This document shows positions 13,942 through 27,831 of a stretch of DNA of 64,000 bases, piece after piece (the stretch's first letter is position 1; every line of letters begins with the position of its first letter). The stretch covers positions 196,788,001 to 196,852,000 of the forward strand of contig OX597814.1 in NCBI GenBank assembly GCA_951406725.2, in the 5' to 3' direction. The translations under genes and the position numbers were made by a program. This DNA comes from Octopus vulgaris (Eukaryota). The notes beneath the pieces are model-generated. The model saw only the letters and a program-made list of their open reading frames with translations, ran no database searches and was not told the origin of the DNA.

Positions 13942-13955
13942 TGTTGTTGTTGTTG
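13783..13955. repeat. (CTA)n immediately followed by (TAG)n
   Basis: Direct inspection; the two tracts are reverse complements. Confidence 0.95.
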
Positions 13956-14466
13956 TACAGTGCTGACAACGAAACGATCTTCTATGAAAACACATAAAGC
14001 TTTCCGCTGGAAGCCGGTTCTACAGTTTAGAAGTTCGGGGAAAATCTGATAGACGGAAGCGTTATATAGCAAAATGTAATTTTCACTCTTTCAAATATTT
14101 CAGGAATTGTTGATGAGCATGATATAGTAAAATAACATTGGAAAATGTTCAACAGAAATTCTCCAAGGACTTCAGGTGAATAATTAAGACTAAAAGCAAA
14201 ATGACATTCTTCGAAACACTATTTCGATTGTGAATATTAGAATCGGTTATCAATTCTAAATATACGTTTGACCTCCAGATGTCTGTATCGAACAGCTACC
14301 AGACACAACACAGACATTGAAATTTGTCTGGGATATTACGCTGAAGAGAAAACATGGGACAGTTCTGCCTAAAGCCATGCGAAGAGACAGCCTTTATTAT
14401 ATAATACATTTGAGTATGTGTATGTGTCTGTATGTGTGTGTGTGTGTGTGTGTTTGTGTGTCTGGT

Positions 14467-14507
<41 letters not shown>

Positions 14508-14704
14508 TAGTGAGATGTAGACGGAGATAGATGGAGGAGAGACAAACACATAGGGAAGGAGAGAGAATATTTCTATGAATTTGTATATATGCTTTTGAAA
14601 AATTATAATACATTCATTATTATCGCATCAAGCATACGTATATCCATAAAAACACTTACATATAATATATCAATATATATATATAAATATATATGTAAAT
14701 ATAA

Positions 14705-14898
14705 GAAGGCGGGCGAAATGCGAACTGTTTAATGGTATTTCGTCTGTCTCTACATTCTGAGTTCAAATTCCGCCGAGGTCGACTTTGCATTTCATCTTTT
14801 CGGGGTCGATAAATTAAGTACCAATTGCGTTCTAGGGTCGATCTAATCGACTGGCCCTCTCCCCCCAAATTTCTGATCTTGTGCCTGGTGTAGAAAAG
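14705..14898 (+). mobile_element. SINE family B
   Basis: GAGTTCAAATTCCGCCGAGGTCGACTTTGCATTTCATCTTTTCGGGGTCGATAAATTAAGTACC. Confidence 0.88.
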
Positions 14899-14953
14899 AA
14901 TATATATAGGTGTGCGTGTGTGTGTATGCCTGTATACACATATATACACATAA

Positions 14954-15010
<57 letters not shown>

Positions 15011-15013
15011 GTA

Positions 15014-15052
<39 letters not shown>

Positions 15053-15131
15053 GAGCAGATCTTCGAGCGATGAGAGGCCGAAAGAGTATGCTCTCACTTT
15101 CAGTGTTTTCAAATCCAAACCAAGGAGTTTC

Positions 15132-15183
15132 TGAGCTGATGATAGAAGTGTCGTGATGACTAATCTTGAAACGTACGTTCTCA
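15132..15183 (+). ncRNA. Type I hammerhead ribozyme candidate
   Basis: TGAG-CTGATGA-[TAGAAGTGTCGTGATGACTAATCTT]-GAA-ACGTACGT-T-CTCA; predicted GUU cleavage after 15179. Confidence 0.72.
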
Positions 15184-15690
15184 AATAACCTTTGCATTTG
15201 ATTTTTTGATGTCTTTACCCCCAAACTTTCGTGAGTTGAGTTGACCAAACACTATATGAGAGAGATTTTCTTTAAGTATTAGAAATGGTTTTTAAAAAGT
15301 TTTTTAGCTGCTATTTCTAATGAGTTCAGTATGCGGCAAAGTAATTTATTTTACTAAGCCCTTTTATATATTGTAATAATTTGAATTCGCCTTAAATGGT
15401 CCCTTTGCATACTGAACACTTGGTGAAATTAATTAATAATTAATTAATTTTACCCTCAATTGTTGAAATTATAATTAATCTCCTCTAATTAATGCTTCGG
15501 ATTTTACCGAAATAAGCAGAGTGTTTGTTGATTTTAACCCACGCTGGTGGAAAGGGGAGAGCAGAAATTCTTCGCTTGCATGTTTGAGTTTGTTGGCACT
15601 GTTAGTTACGAGCAGATCTTCGAAAGCGATGAGAGGCCGAAAGAGTATGCTCTCACTTTCAGTGTTTTCAAATCCAAACCAAGGAGTTTC

Positions 15691-15742
15691 TGAGCTGATG
15701 ATAGAAGTGTCGTGATGACTAATCTTGAAACGTACGTTCTCA
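15691..15742 (+). ncRNA. Type I hammerhead ribozyme candidate (identical second copy)
   Basis: Same sequence as 15132-15183, 559 nt downstream. Confidence 0.72.
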
Positions 15743-15924
15743 AATAACCTTTGCATTTGATTTTTTGATGTCTTTACCCCCAAACTTTTGTGAGTTGAGT
15801 TGACCAAACACTATATGAGAGAGATTTTCTTTAAGTATTAGAAATGGTTTTTAAAAAAGTTTTTTAGCTGCTATTTCTAATGAGTTCAGTATGCGGCAAA
15901 GTAATTTATTTTACTAAGCCCTTT

Positions 15925-15967
<43 letters not shown>

Positions 15968-16026
15968 ACCATTTTTGTGCATATGTACATTATGTATGCA
16001 TGTATATATACTTGTGTGTGCATGTG

Positions 16027-16068
<42 letters not shown>

Positions 16069-16304
16069 TGCGCGTGATATGTGTAAAAGATAAATATTTT
16101 GGCTGATCAAACTTGATGGAACAAACAATCCATCGATTTCACTGTAATAATGTTGCAGACTGGGTTCTATCAAAGGATACAATTCTTTCAAGGAAACAAA
16201 AAACAATGAACTCTCATGATTATGCTTTTAAGTACTTGTTAAAAGCTAGCACACATCTGTTCCAACCACATTTTCAGTTGCTGAATCACCCGTGGGAAGG
16301 GTAT

Positions 16305-16717
16305 TACTCTTTTACTCTTTTACTTGTTTCAGTCATTTGACTGCGGCCATGCTGGAGCACCGCCTTTAGTCGAGCAAATTGACCCCGGAACTTATTCTTT
16401 GTAAGCCCAGTACTTATTCTATCGGTCTCTTTTGCCGAACCGCTAAGTTACGGGGACGTAAACACACAAGCGTCGGTTGTCAAGCAATGCTAGGGGGACA
16501 AACACAGACACACAAACACACTCACACATACATATATATATATACATATATACGACAGGCTTCTTTCAGTTTCCGTCTACCAAATCCACTCACAAGGCAT
16601 TGGTCGGCCCCGGGCTATAGCAGAAGACACTTGCCCAAGATACCACGCAGTGGGACTGAACCCGGAACCATGTAGTTGTTTAGCAAGCTACTTACCACAC
16701 AGCCACTCCTGCGCCTA
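16305..16717 (-). mobile_element. SINE family A, full length
   Basis: Collinear with 161-589. Confidence 0.92.
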
Positions 16718-17819
16718 TTGGGTATATTTTAAAAAAATGTTATATCGAGAATAAAACATCGGTATACCTGCTTTATAGTATAACCGACTTGTTTAGGACA
16801 TTAAAGAGCATTTAATTCAGGTGTTTTGGGGAGCGTGGAGTTGGCCCTAACTCCTCCCAGGCCTGTTCTCCTCCGTATCAGGGTCCCATAGAATTTTGCA
16901 AGAGTATATTGAGGTGCTTAGCTGAAGTGAAAGCAATCAATCTAGAAGAAAGCAAACTCCAAAATTAATACATTCTTCCATCATGTCCTAAGCCAGTACG
17001 GAGGGGTATGTCTGATGAAATTAATATGAAGTACGTCCATTAGCATAGATTCAGATGATAGGGTGTCACTTCCGGATCCTCAACAGGCAACTAGAAGGGC
17101 ACAACAGAAACCTCAGACAGGCGTGACATATGCCACTAGGGGTTCATTCGAGCAGCCGCGGACTAGACCACGTCCTAAACGCTCTTCCAAACGATCCAGT
17201 ACTAAGGATGCGCCTATCTCATGCCAGTTAGCGGACATAGCAGGAATTGAATGATACATACTAATTCATGACATTCATATATTAATATTGCAGTTTTAAT
17301 ATTCAGGACCAGAAATCAAAATTGTACCATTTATATTTTGTTTTAACAGTTGCATTTCGTTAAATATATTTTTCATAAGAAACTGAACGCTTCTTACTTA
17401 GATGAAAGGCGAAACTAGTCGGTTCATACACATTCTACCAAGCTGAGACTGTTTTCAATGTCAAACTATAATATACACATGTATAAGTGTATGTGTTAAT
17501 ATGAATATTTGGATATGTGTGTACGTGTGTGTATAAATGATGACGATAGCTGCCGTGATCAAGGCAAAAATGTATGGTCTCTTGCGAAAAGTTTATAGAC
17601 CCTCTTCTCTGATGACACCTCTTCGAAGCAGGGATGGTAAAGAAATTCTTCGTAATTCAAAAGATTGAATGTGGCTCATCTTCGGTGTAATAGTATGAAG
17701 AGAACTTTATGAGAGGAAATGAATGTTGCAGAAAATTGGTGAGGATTGGCCGACACAAAAAAAGTCAGTTTATGATATAGGCAGGAATGTTCTGTGATTG
17801 ATGAAAATAAAGCATAACG

Positions 17820-18132
17820 ATTAGTTTAAAGAAAATGATGAAGATATAGATGATTTACTAGCTGATAAAAGACGTACTTTGTCACGTTACTTGTCAGCAA
17901 AGCCACAGGAGAAAGATCTGTTGCATAGGGTACTCAAGAATGTGAAATTACGTGTGAGGTGGAGGCTCCCTCAGATGAGGGATACCTGCTGGAGTAAGAA
18001 GGCTGATGAGATACAGGCGGCGTCGGATTCCAATAACACAAAGCTGTTATATGATCTCTTGCGAGAATTTCATGGACCGACTTCTCTGATGACAGCTCTT
18101 CGGTGGTAAGGGGATGGTAAAGAAACTATTCT
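17820..18132 (+). pseudogene. RTE LINE fragment (EN-RT linker)
   Basis: [34 protein letters not shown], typical of the RTE ORF linker; partial diverged duplicate at ~17565-17650. Confidence 0.7.
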
Positions 18133-18169
18133 TTTGTTGAAGCATGGTATTGGTAACACACAGACGCAG

Positions 18170-18725
18170 CCCTTCACACCCTGCAACAAAAGCTTGCCAT
18201 TACTATTACACTTTCCCATCCCATATTTTCCAATTACAGTCCATGTGTTAAAATCCCTACCCACTCTGACAGTAAAGTCACCCTGTACGATGAGGGATAT
18301 TTATTATAATGCCCTTCAAAGCATGGTAGAAAGAAACTTTTTCGTCATCAGTAGAGCACATAGTTGGAGCATACACACTCACCAAGGTCACATAATTTTT
18401 TTTTTAACCAAAGGAATTCTCATGGACATAAGACGCTCGTTAATCCCGACTAGAAATTCTTCCAACTTGTCCACAAGAGTAGTCTCAACAGCAAATGCCA
18501 CTCCAGCTTCTCATCTAAACTCTTCATCTCTCCCTTTCCCAAAGAATGTATATTTTCCATAAGATTCTGTGAGATGACCATTTCCAGCTTATCTCATCTC
18601 AGATAAAGCAACGATGTCAAGATCACAGCGTCGAAGCTCCTTCGCAACAAAAGCAGTCCTTCGTTCGGGACATTCTGAGGACTCACTGTCAAACAGTGTC
18701 TGTACATTTCAACAGCCATAAAATA
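18170..18725 (-). pseudogene. RTE LINE APE-endonuclease fragment
   Basis: Minus strand encodes [72 protein letters not shown]. Confidence 0.85.
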
Positions 18726-19106
18726 TTCAATATCTTATTTGGTTATATCACAATAGCACGATGACGGCCGGGTTCAGGCTGTGATGCTCAGGAGCCCCTG
18801 CCGGGCCAGACTCTTTGATCTGATGTGGTTCCAGAGTCCTTACTGCCATTTATTTTGATATTGTTTTGGTAATCATTGATTGTTTGCCTTTTAAGGCTAC
18901 AACCAGCCATTCAGTTGAGACTCATAGCACTATCAACAATTATCAATTAGTTAATTAATTAACTAATTAATTAATTAATCAATCAATGTTGTTATCGTGC
19001 AATGCCTGTGCAAGATGATTTCTTTTTTAAAGTGGGGAAAGGCTGTGCATCGAGTCAATCCCACTCACTAAGCAACAGCAGCCATAACCCAAAAAACGAA
19101 CAACTC

Positions 19107-19214
19107 AACATCATCGGTAACTACTGAGCCGCAAGTTTTATGTCGGAGATATCCCAGTTACTTGAGTTGCCTTCTGGAAGGATACCCTAACAAAGGCTAG
19201 GGGTCCTTAACTCC
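19107..19214 (-). ncRNA. Decayed HDV-like ribozyme candidate upstream of the RTE endonuclease
   Basis: Element order P1 GAGTTA/CAACTC, P2 GGTAT/ATGTT (wobbles), P3 CCT-TCCAGA-AGG, P4 GTAACT/AGTTAC, J4/2 CGATG; P1.1 GG is missing. Confidence 0.45.
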
Positions 19215-19729
19215 CAATAGTTTAACCGCGCGATCGGGTATTCAGTCAGATTATTTCTATGTCACCGCGCAAGATACAGCCATAGGCTAAATAAAATAGA
19301 TATAAAAAAGATATAAAATCATACAATCTTTAAAAAATATTCATATACAATATATACATAAAATATACGATATGGAATACATAAGATTGCCACACAATAT
19401 ATAGAATATGTACACACACATGCTGGAATACAATATATACAATACACACACCCACAGAGTTTAAAATGTAATATATACAAAACACACACACAAACACTCC
19501 ACAAAGAAAGTGGTTGAAGGGCCATAGACAACGTTTTTGTTCCTCCGCCCTTTTACGGGTTATACTTTTTGTCCCGCGGGGTGTTCAACAAGCACCCACC
19601 TCACAAAGCAAACCTGATGGGGCTGCCAGTTCAGTCGCTGACGATCCAACCATGGAACAGTTTGTACTGGACTACAGGGTATCACTAGCACTCAAGAGCG
19701 ACCTGACATAAATATAGATACATATATAA

Positions 19730-19843
<114 letters not shown>

Positions 19844-19908
19844 ATATATATATATAATGTAACTTTGCGTGGCGATTTTTTCCCTTCTTCCTTCTTTCCT
19901 GTTTTTCA

Positions 19909-19945
19909 TGTTTATGAAGAAGAGCTATGCACGAAACGTAAAACA
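19909..19945 (+). ncRNA. Minimal hammerhead, mutated, in a (TA)n-flanked element (~19860-20042)
   Basis: TGTTT-aTGAAGA-A-GAGC TAT GCaC-GAA-ACGT-A-AAACA. Confidence 0.6.
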
Positions 19946-20039
19946 CCTACACTCTTTCTTCTCCGAGCGTCGTACTAATATATTTACTTCTGTTACGTCC
20001 CCACGTTTATATTTTTCTTCCCTGTGTTTTTTGAATTGT

Positions 20040-20095
<56 letters not shown>

Positions 20096-20192
20096 TACAA
20101 TAATTTGAATTCGCCTTATCAAATGGTCCCTTTGCATACTGAACACTTGGTGAAATTAATTAATAATTAATTAATTTTACCCTCAATTGTTG

Positions 20193-20283
<91 letters not shown>

Positions 20284-20399
20284 ATCTACATATACACTTA
20301 CATACATGCACACACGCGCTCACACGTTCGAGAAAACGTGAAAATGAAGTTTGGGAATTGGCTCCCGAAGCAGATGCTGTAAATAAGAGCAAATTAATA

Positions 20400-20630
20400 T
20401 TTCTTTACTGCCCATAGAGGCTAAATATAGAGGGGACAAAGAAGGACAGACAAAAGGATTAACTCGATTACACTCGCCCCCAGTGCGTACAAGTACTAAT
20501 TTAATCGATTACAAAAGGTTGAAAGGCAAAGTCGATCTCCGCGGAATTTGAACTCAGAACGTAAAGGCAGACGAAATACAACTAAGCATTTCGCACGGCG
20601 AGCTAACGTTTCTGCCAGCTCACCGCCCTT
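20400..20630 (-). mobile_element. SINE family B, full length
   Basis: Collinear with 3521-3746. Confidence 0.88.
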
Positions 20631-21194
20631 GAGCAAATAAATATTGGACGGAAAACTCCTTCGAGGTATAAAAAATATCATATGTTCTCCGTGGGGCCCG
20701 CGTCCCACGTCCTCTGTGTTCTTATTGTCCTGTGGGCAAATAGTCATTTTAACCTTATCCTTATAAGTGTCTAATGTATTTCAGAACAATGTGATTAATC
20801 TAAGACTTTATAATGTTATGAATACAGGGACCTTACCGACAGTTATCAGGTTTTGCTGGTCACTGTTGAGACGTGAGGCGTTCTAAAATTTCCACCGCAT
20901 TTCCACGCTACCGATTTCCACCACACATTGGGACGACAGTGGCCCGTGGCAGAAATAAGCCCCACATGGTACAGCGGCTGCTGCAGAGAGTGTCACCGGC
21001 CATTCCCCATGGCAACACCATAGCAGTCATTACTGCGTCTCGCATCTGAGCACAAAAGTTTTTCTGAGGTATGTGGCCCAGGATGGCTACATGTCTTAAA
21101 GACAAAAAATTATGTAATATTCTAGAAAATATTTTTACCATGTGCCAATTGCATCACTAATGGTGTTGGGAAAGGATGAATTTCTCGATATTTT

Positions 21195-21820
21195 TTAATC
21201 CAATTTTTTAATTCTAGTTTGAATATTTAACCCTAATGTATTTCATGACGGCATAGCTAATTCCTGGTCAAATTGCTCCGAATTAAGCTTCATCATATCG
21301 TCGATCCATTGTTTAGTTCTAGCATAAAAATAAATACATGAATAACATGATGCCGTGAATTCTTGTTTAATCGTGGATCAAATATGAAAGAAAACCAGCT
21401 TCATAACGTCGTTAATCCATTGTTTATTTCTGTCTTAAACATACAGCCTAATGCATTTCCTGACGTTATCGATCCATTTTTAATCTTAGTACAAATTTGT
21501 AACTAAAAGAATTACATGTCGTTGATAAATTCTTGCTCAAACAGGTCACGCAGTAAAACTTCCTGATCGTCTCAATCCAATTGTTTAATTCTGGTATAAA
21601 TATATAAGTAAATCACTTCGTTACATCATTGGTCATACGTTTTAATTCAAGCTCAGATGTGTGACCCAATAACGTTCATTTTGTTGATATCATTGCTATA
21701 TTGTTGCTTAAATGAGCAACCCAATAAAATCTGCGGTTGTGTTGTTACAATTTTTTAACTCTGGATCAAATACCTAGTTCCAAAATGTCATGCTCTTCTT
21801 TACTCCGTTGTTTAATTCTA
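21195..21820. repeat. Old degenerate ~56-bp tandem repeat (about 11 units)
   Basis: Motif approximating TCCATTGTTTAATTCTGG recurs near 21199, 21306, 21361, 21416, 21473, 21577, 21636, 21747, 21804. Confidence 0.6.
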
Positions 21821-22380
21821 CAAAGACATGCAGGAAGTAAATAGACACCTTTAATTTTCAAAATTCCTGATCTATGTGTGTCTTAATATGTTTTTAGCGG
21901 TGTAGAATTTAAAATGTAATTATTCTTTTTCATTCCAGGTGCCATTGTATTAAACATTTACAAAGAGTAACCGTGCTACGCACAAAAAAATTCAGCAGAA
22001 CTGTCAGATTTTCAAAGAGGTCGTATTGTTGGGCAATATGAAGCTGATCTTAACTAACGAAAAATTGCCGAAAATCTTCAAATTCCTCTTGCTACTATTA
22101 ATTGAATTATAGTGCAATTTAAAAGCCAGGGAAAAGAATCAACAGATTCTCGTCCCGGCCGATCTGGACCCTCGGAAGGAAGCTTCGCTGTTTGAAGAGA
22201 ATTGTGGAAAACGAACCCCGTTCGAAGGCTTCTAAAATTGCAAGAACGTGTGTTACATATATGCATAAGCTTGCGTATTATAGACGAGCAGCTAGAAGAA
22301 AACCTCTCCTTCCACCAAATCAATATCAAATAAAAGATTTTGGAAATTAAAGGTGTCTATTTACTTCCTGCATGTCTGTG
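21821..22380 (+). mobile_element. Internally deleted Tc1-like transposon
   Basis: TIRs CAAAGACATGCAGGAAGTAAATAGACACCTTTAATTT / AAATTAAAGGTGTCTATTTACTTCCTGCATGTCTGTG, TA on both sides; HTH remnant ELSDFQRGRIVG...RKIAENLQIP...RPGR. Confidence 0.9.
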
Positions 22381-24710
22381 TAGATCGAATATGTAATCTT
22401 CGTTACAGAAATTACAAGTGCTGCCACTAAAGAAAATAAAGCATAGAAATGAACCTCTATGTGGTCTCTCGACGAAGCTAGAAATATCAATGAAAGCTCT
22501 ATCACATATTCTCCTGACATTTCATTTTTAAAAATTGATAAACAACGGTCGTATGGGATGACATGTTCTGAGAAATAGTAGCTGAGATAAAGACAGAAAG
22601 GTCATTGCTGGGGTTACTTTCATCACAAATCCCTAACTACACTACACTAACACTACATTAACGCCAGCACAATCGGAGGGAAAAGATCAATATTAATGAC
22701 AATATTTTAACTATTCATGTGTACTGCCAAAAGGAGCAATAAGTGGAGTATTTTCATTTACGAAGCATTAGCGATGTGATGATGTGTTGTAATATAGTTT
22801 TCCAGTAACACCAGTATAGATTGGTTACTAATTACTATGAGTATATTTTTAATAAAACTAATGCATTGCTGTCTGGTTTGCATATTGATCTATGAACCCA
22901 CCACTCCGTGCAAACAAATATTTACTTCTCTTCCTTCGACCAGCTTCAAGTAACGTATTATATTAAGTGTTCTCTCATCAATTAAGCTATGGTAACATTA
23001 GCTCTTCTAATTTCGTGACACTGGAAGTTATATGACTGTAAATTAGCGATATTGCTATTACATTGCAGGCAAAAACCGTATACAATATCAGGATGGTGTT
23101 TTCTATTTTAGTTCACTACAATGCTTGAGAAGCAATAGAATGGCTATGTATTGAGAATTCTACTCACACAATACGTGGAATACCATCTTAATCTTCTAAA
23201 TTCGAGTTTCCCTTCTGAAATTAATACTGAAAAAGAATGGAACATACACAGCGTATCTATTTCTATATAATGTCTCGTAATTTATGTATTTCTTTAGCTT
23301 TCAGTATTGAATAGAATTTTTTATTTTTTTCCAATGCGATCTGAGATTGAAACTGAAAGCAATTGCAATACTTACAATATCAATACCGCACGGCCTATTT
23401 CCGATTTAATTATAATCCATGCGTGTCAGAATCTGTGCAACAGACCGTCACAATTTCATCAGTCGGGTATCTGACTCCAACACAAAGGATGCAACAACTA
23501 CAAAGATTACAAGCGCGACATTGAAAACGACTCTCCATACACCAGATTATAAAACACAGTTTCAATTCCCAGTCAGAATCTTTTACTTACAAGATACAAA
23601 TGCGCTCGGAAAGGGACGAACATAATTTATGATTTCCCCGTTTCCCATTGCCTTTTAATGTCTTTTGTTTCATGTCAAATGTGTAATCCTTATTGCAAAA
23701 GTTACAAGTGTTACTACAAAGAACAACACCACCATCATTACAATCACAGAAAATATCAATACTCAGCGATCATCGTAATAACATGTTTACTATTTATGTC
23801 TGTCATGCTTAGTAAGGAGACTACTTTACGATGAAACGGTGATATGATGGTGTATTGTTATTAATGTTCCTACGCTGCAATTATTGTCCACAATATTGCT
23901 GGCTGATGGAAATCCCATATAATTGTAGCTTTGATGTTCGCAAAGTGTGGATCCTGTAGTGATAGTTATTAACATCTACGTAGTGCATAATCCTTTAACC
24001 ATATCTCTAGTCGTACATAGTGTCCAATAATAATTTACAGTCATTTTTATAAGTAGCTTTCATTATTTAATTCTCAATGTTATGCCATAAGCGAGATAGG
24101 TTTCTGCTAGCTTCAGAATACTTGCTTTCATTAATGTTGCTGAAACTTTATTTTCCTTATTTATAGATTACTGTATAACGACACAACTTTCACAAGTTTT
24201 AATAACAAAAGTATTTAATGCAAATTCGTGTGTTATATAGTGTTAATAATAATTTATGGCATCGGCCTAAAGAATAAGATTTATTGGTGAAAGAATTTAT
24301 AATGTCCATGCTTTCATTAAAGGATTGCTGTATACGGGAAAATGGTTTGACCTGGAAATCTGGTCAGAGACTGGATTTCCATAGAATATTTAACCAGACG
24401 ATATTGAACACATTGACTGTGGTGGATAAACGCTTTTTTTAACAGCTTTGAAATTTGGGTTGTTTTGAAAGGTTTAGTGGTAAATATTTACATTTGGGAT
24501 ACAGACCTTTCATTTCTGATTTATATGATGAGTTATCAACTTTATGGTAACCCAATACTTATATTTACACCGTACAAAACACAGCACATGCTTGCTGAAA
24601 TTGGTTTTAGCATGTTGGAATTTGCAACTGGTCACCGCTTCACCAGGTTCCAATCGCATTTCGGAGCAATGTAATTCAACACACAAACACACACACACAC
24701 ACACACACAA

Positions 24711-24783
<73 letters not shown>

Positions 24784-25487
24784 TATACACATTTGAGTAT
24801 CGAGCCACCCGTTTTAATATGTATCCCTTTCATAATGTTAACAATGAAATATGATAAAGCACAAACCACCAAGATGCTTGCACGCGCAAATACTGCAACT
24901 GTACGTGCAAAACTCAGCAACACATATAGGCTGTCCCCTAGAGCTATATGCTGAGGGAAATCAACCCTGATGCAGAACTTTGAGGAGCACATTTGAGTTG
25001 TTATTCTTATACAAATTGAACACGTCACCTCAAGCAAGATGATTTCCATATTGTTCTTAGGATTTATTACACACTATATTCGTCAATGTACACAATATAG
25101 GCAAAGTCCTATTACCATTCCGTGGACTGCATATGCGATGATTAGACATAACAACTCAAACCCAGATGGTAAATAGTTGTGATAATTACCCGGTATTTCC
25201 GCATCAGCAACAAACCACTATTTTCCAGAGACAATTCTTAACACAGCAATTCATGGGAACGCACAACTGTGACCTGCATCCAGAAAAAATGCACCCCTAT
25301 GTTATTAATCCGAGCTAAAGAAGAACATTCCGTACAGGGCCCTAACTTATGAGAAAAGCAAAGTAATCACACCCAATCACATACGCTAATGTGCCAAATA
25401 GGGAACGAAACAAGGATCAATGGAATTCTAGATATGTACACACATCCATGTAAAAATATAAGTATGTATATGATATTGATAAGTATA

Positions 25488-25646
25488 GGCGCAGGTGTGG
25501 CTGGGTGGTAAGTAGTTTCCTTACCAACCACATGGTTCCGGGTTCAGTCCCACTGCGTGGCACCTTGGGCAAGTCTTCTACTGTAGCTTCGGGCCGCTAA
25601 AGTCTTGTGAATGAATTTGGTAGACGGAAACTGAAAGAAACCCGTC

Positions 25647-25731
<85 letters not shown>

Positions 25732-25990
25732 TATATATATGTATATATATATACATACATGCATATGTGTGTATATCTTTATGTATCTTTGTTTGGCCGC
25801 CCACCATCGGTTAACAACCAATGCTGGTGTGTTTCCGTCCCCGTAACTTAGCGGTTCGACATAAAGAACCGACAGAATAAATACTAGGTTTACAAAGAAT
25901 AAGTCCTGGGGGTCGATTTGCTCGACTAAAGGTGCTCCAGCATGGTCGCAGCCAAGTGACTGAAACAAGTAAAAGAGATAAAAGAGAAAG
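25488..25990 (+). mobile_element. SINE family A, full length with expanded internal microsatellite
   Basis: GGCGCAGGTGTGGCTGGGTGG...GGTTCAGTCCC...GACTGAAACAAGTAAAAGAG. Confidence 0.92.
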
Positions 25991-26237
25991 ATTTTTTATA
26001 TTTCCTGCTTTATAGTTTGTTAGTAATGCATTATAACAGTATAGGAGATTACCAAGATTTGAATGTTGAACCCTAATCCGTATGCTAATGTGTAGTGCAT
26101 TATAGCACACCATAAATTACAAATGTATATACTTGAGTGAGGTTGTGTGTGTTTGTGTTTGAGCTTGTGTGTGCAGTAAATCTATATAAATAGATATGCA
26201 TGCATGTATATGTGTGTGTGTGTATGAATGCGCGGGT

Positions 26238-26775
<538 letters not shown>

Positions 26776-27127
26776 ACAACGCATGTGTGTACATCTCTAC
26801 TGATTTATGCCAATTTTATCTTCTCATATATATTTTTGGCAGATTGAGGCATGATATTGTTCATTACATACCGGATGACTGATAAATATGATTAGAAAGA
26901 TGAAAAGAAGGTATCGAATGCGAAATGTCTACATGACATTCAAATTATTCTACTCTATCATACATACGAGATGGAATTTTTGGCACCTCTAACTATATTA
27001 TTTTACACACACGTTTTGTCAGATGGTTAGAAATTGGATTAAATGTGTAAAAGTAATTTGTCTTTATTCCAGTGAAAGAAGATATCATTAGTTCACGAGC
27101 TAAGATATTCTTTAGCATAACCGGATA

Positions 27128-27179
<52 letters not shown>

Positions 27180-27198
27180 GTATATATATTATATTATG

Positions 27199-27231
<33 letters not shown>

Positions 27232-27265
27232 GAATGTATGTATATATATATATATATATGAAATG

Positions 27266-27314
<49 letters not shown>

Positions 27315-27325
27315 ATATGTACATG

Positions 27326-27377
<52 letters not shown>

Positions 27378-27562
27378 GTGTGTGTATGTGTGCGTGCGTA
27401 ATTATAGGCAAATGCACGTTGGAAAATTGTAGCAGTCTATAATAACAACACTGAATAATCACGGACAACGTCTACAGAAATTACGCGCGCGTGCATAACA
27501 CACTCATATGTATTTATACTTCTCTATATATATATGCATGTGTACGTATATGTATATATATA

Positions 27563-27831
27563 TGGACGCGCAATGGCCCAGTAGTTGAGGCAGCGGACTC
27601 GCGGTCGTAAGATCACGGTTTCGATTCCCAGACCAGGCGTTGTGAGTGTTTATTGAAAACACCTAAATCTCCACGAGACTCCGGCAGGGGGTGGTGGCGG
27701 TCCCTCCTGTACTCTTTCGCCACAACTTTCTGTCACTTTTTCTTCTGTTGGCCTGCTCATTTGAAGGCTAAAATAATGCGAAGCGCATTGTGACCAGCGA
27801 TGTTATAGTGTTGTCAGTCACGGTGATCACG

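Larger units (their letters stand above)
15051..15930 (+). mobile_element. Head-to-tail ~559-nt unit (about 1.6 copies), Penelope pLTR/retrozyme-like, flanked by (TA)n
   Basis: 15051-15370 is nearly identical to 15608-15930; each copy carries a hammerhead motif; family fragments at ~20098-20200 and ~44733-44930. Confidence 0.75.

Noticed and set aside
17378-17426. Hammerhead remnant GGCGAAACTAGTCGGTTC
   Set aside because: 3' half fits but the CUGANGA box is incomplete
21195-21820. CRISPR-like repeat-spacer array
   Set aside because: Repeats too degenerate, eukaryotic context, no cas genes
24790-25430. Complex unique-looking block, possibly decayed coding sequence
   Set aside because: No sustained ORF or recognisable motif
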